Positions 36,780 through 37,651 of a stretch of DNA of 37,651 nucleotides are shown in pieces. Within the stretch, counting starts at the first letter, position 1; every line of letters begins with the position of its first letter. The DNA comes from Nemertoderma westbladi (taxonomy: Eukaryota > Animalia > Xenacoelomorpha), in NCBI GenBank assembly GCA_032718475.1, contig JAUCBJ010002728.1, positions 1-37,651 of the forward strand, given 5' to 3'. Position numbers and translations under genes: made by a program. Under the pieces are notes generated by a model, which searched no databases, had not been told where the DNA came from, and saw only the letters and a list, made by a program, of their open reading frames with translations.

Positions 36780-37583
36780 GTACACTAGTAGGCTTAATCA
36801 TAAGGACATATATCCGTTATCTAACTTGACTAACCTAACTCAATGCAATCAATGCATACTGCAGTACTGCATACACTGCATACTGTGTAACACTGTGCAT
36901 ACTTTATATTGTTATACTGCTATTTGCTGTCTGTACTTCATAATTTGGTTGATGAATTATTATATTTGGAATAACGATAAATAACCCCGAAAACCCAATA
37001 TTCTTGATATACTGAAGGTAAGAGAGAAAGGTTATACATAACGATTGTGACTTATGTTAAAGTGGTTTGAAGTGAATCTAATGTTATTTGATAGCCCCTA
37101 CATGAGTCAGTCCGTGTTCCTTTTATATGTAACTAAAATCAGTGAAGATCGGCAGATCAGTGTGCAGTATTGTGCAGCATTGTGTGCGGGTGATACTGAT
37201 AACGAAGCATTTCCTAAAGAATGCGCCATATATGTGAATTATAACTAAGCCATATCGTTGTGATTAGTTTAAGTCATAACTCTGTTTATATAGATAGAGC
37301 GCCACGTCCTAAAGGAACTGTTAATATTCCCCGAAAGTGAATAATATTGTCAGAGATTATATAATACTGTCAGTCGAATAATACATTAAGCTTACATAGC
37401 AATAAAATTAAGCCGTCGAACCCAATCTCCCGGGAATTATCCAGCGGGTGAATGATCGCGCACAGATTGGTTTCGACTAGTGTAGTGAATCAAATATTTG
37501 TCATCGGCTAAAGTGATTTATTATCTAACAGACATCCTAATTTGGCGGGTTAAACTGCCAAAGGTCTGAAAGCGCGAACAATA
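36780..37583 (+). ncRNA. Large structured ncRNA, copy B: candidate telomerase RNA with TTAGG template
   Basis: P1-like helix (36791-36821 with 37198-37251), 8-nt linker, CTAACCTAAC at 36830-36839, long enclosed stem, 3' multi-helix domain and ACA at 37578-37580. Structure is well supported; the telomerase identity is inferred. Confidence 0.6.
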
Positions 37584-37651
37584 ACGGATATTGCTTCTTT
37601 ATTGCAGTAGGCAATAAAGCTGAAGTACCGGCAACCGGTACCCAGTAGGCC

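Noticed and set aside
37054-37248. 64-aa ORF that is also open in copy A
   Set aside because: Substitutions are largely non-synonymous, flanks contain indels, and the changes are better explained by RNA base pairing.

Overview
Eukaryotic, most likely invertebrate, repeat-rich DNA with no intact protein-coding gene. Bases 1-20263 are about 430 copies of a 47-bp satellite whose variation is confined to one ~12-nt sub-segment. The rest is a mosaic of three 5'-truncated non-LTR retrotransposon remnants, small inverted-repeat elements, a near-identical ~2.2-kb segmental duplication carrying a 71/73-bp minisatellite, and a decayed intronless ORF. The main discovery is a ~750-800-nt non-coding element on the + strand in three paralogous copies: 24844-25126 (3' part only), ~31430-32185 (copy A) and ~36780-37583 (copy B). 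Comparing A and B by eye shows at least five compensatory base-pair changes and several G-U wobbles that only work on the + strand, so it is a conserved structured RNA. In copy B a long-range helix is followed by an 8-nt linker and CUAACCUAAC (two units of the arthropod TTAGG telomere complement), and strong conservation stops just after an ACA. This is the layout expected of an animal telomerase RNA. The telomerase identity is an inference: no canonical template pseudoknot or H box was confirmed. All pairings were found by manual inspection.
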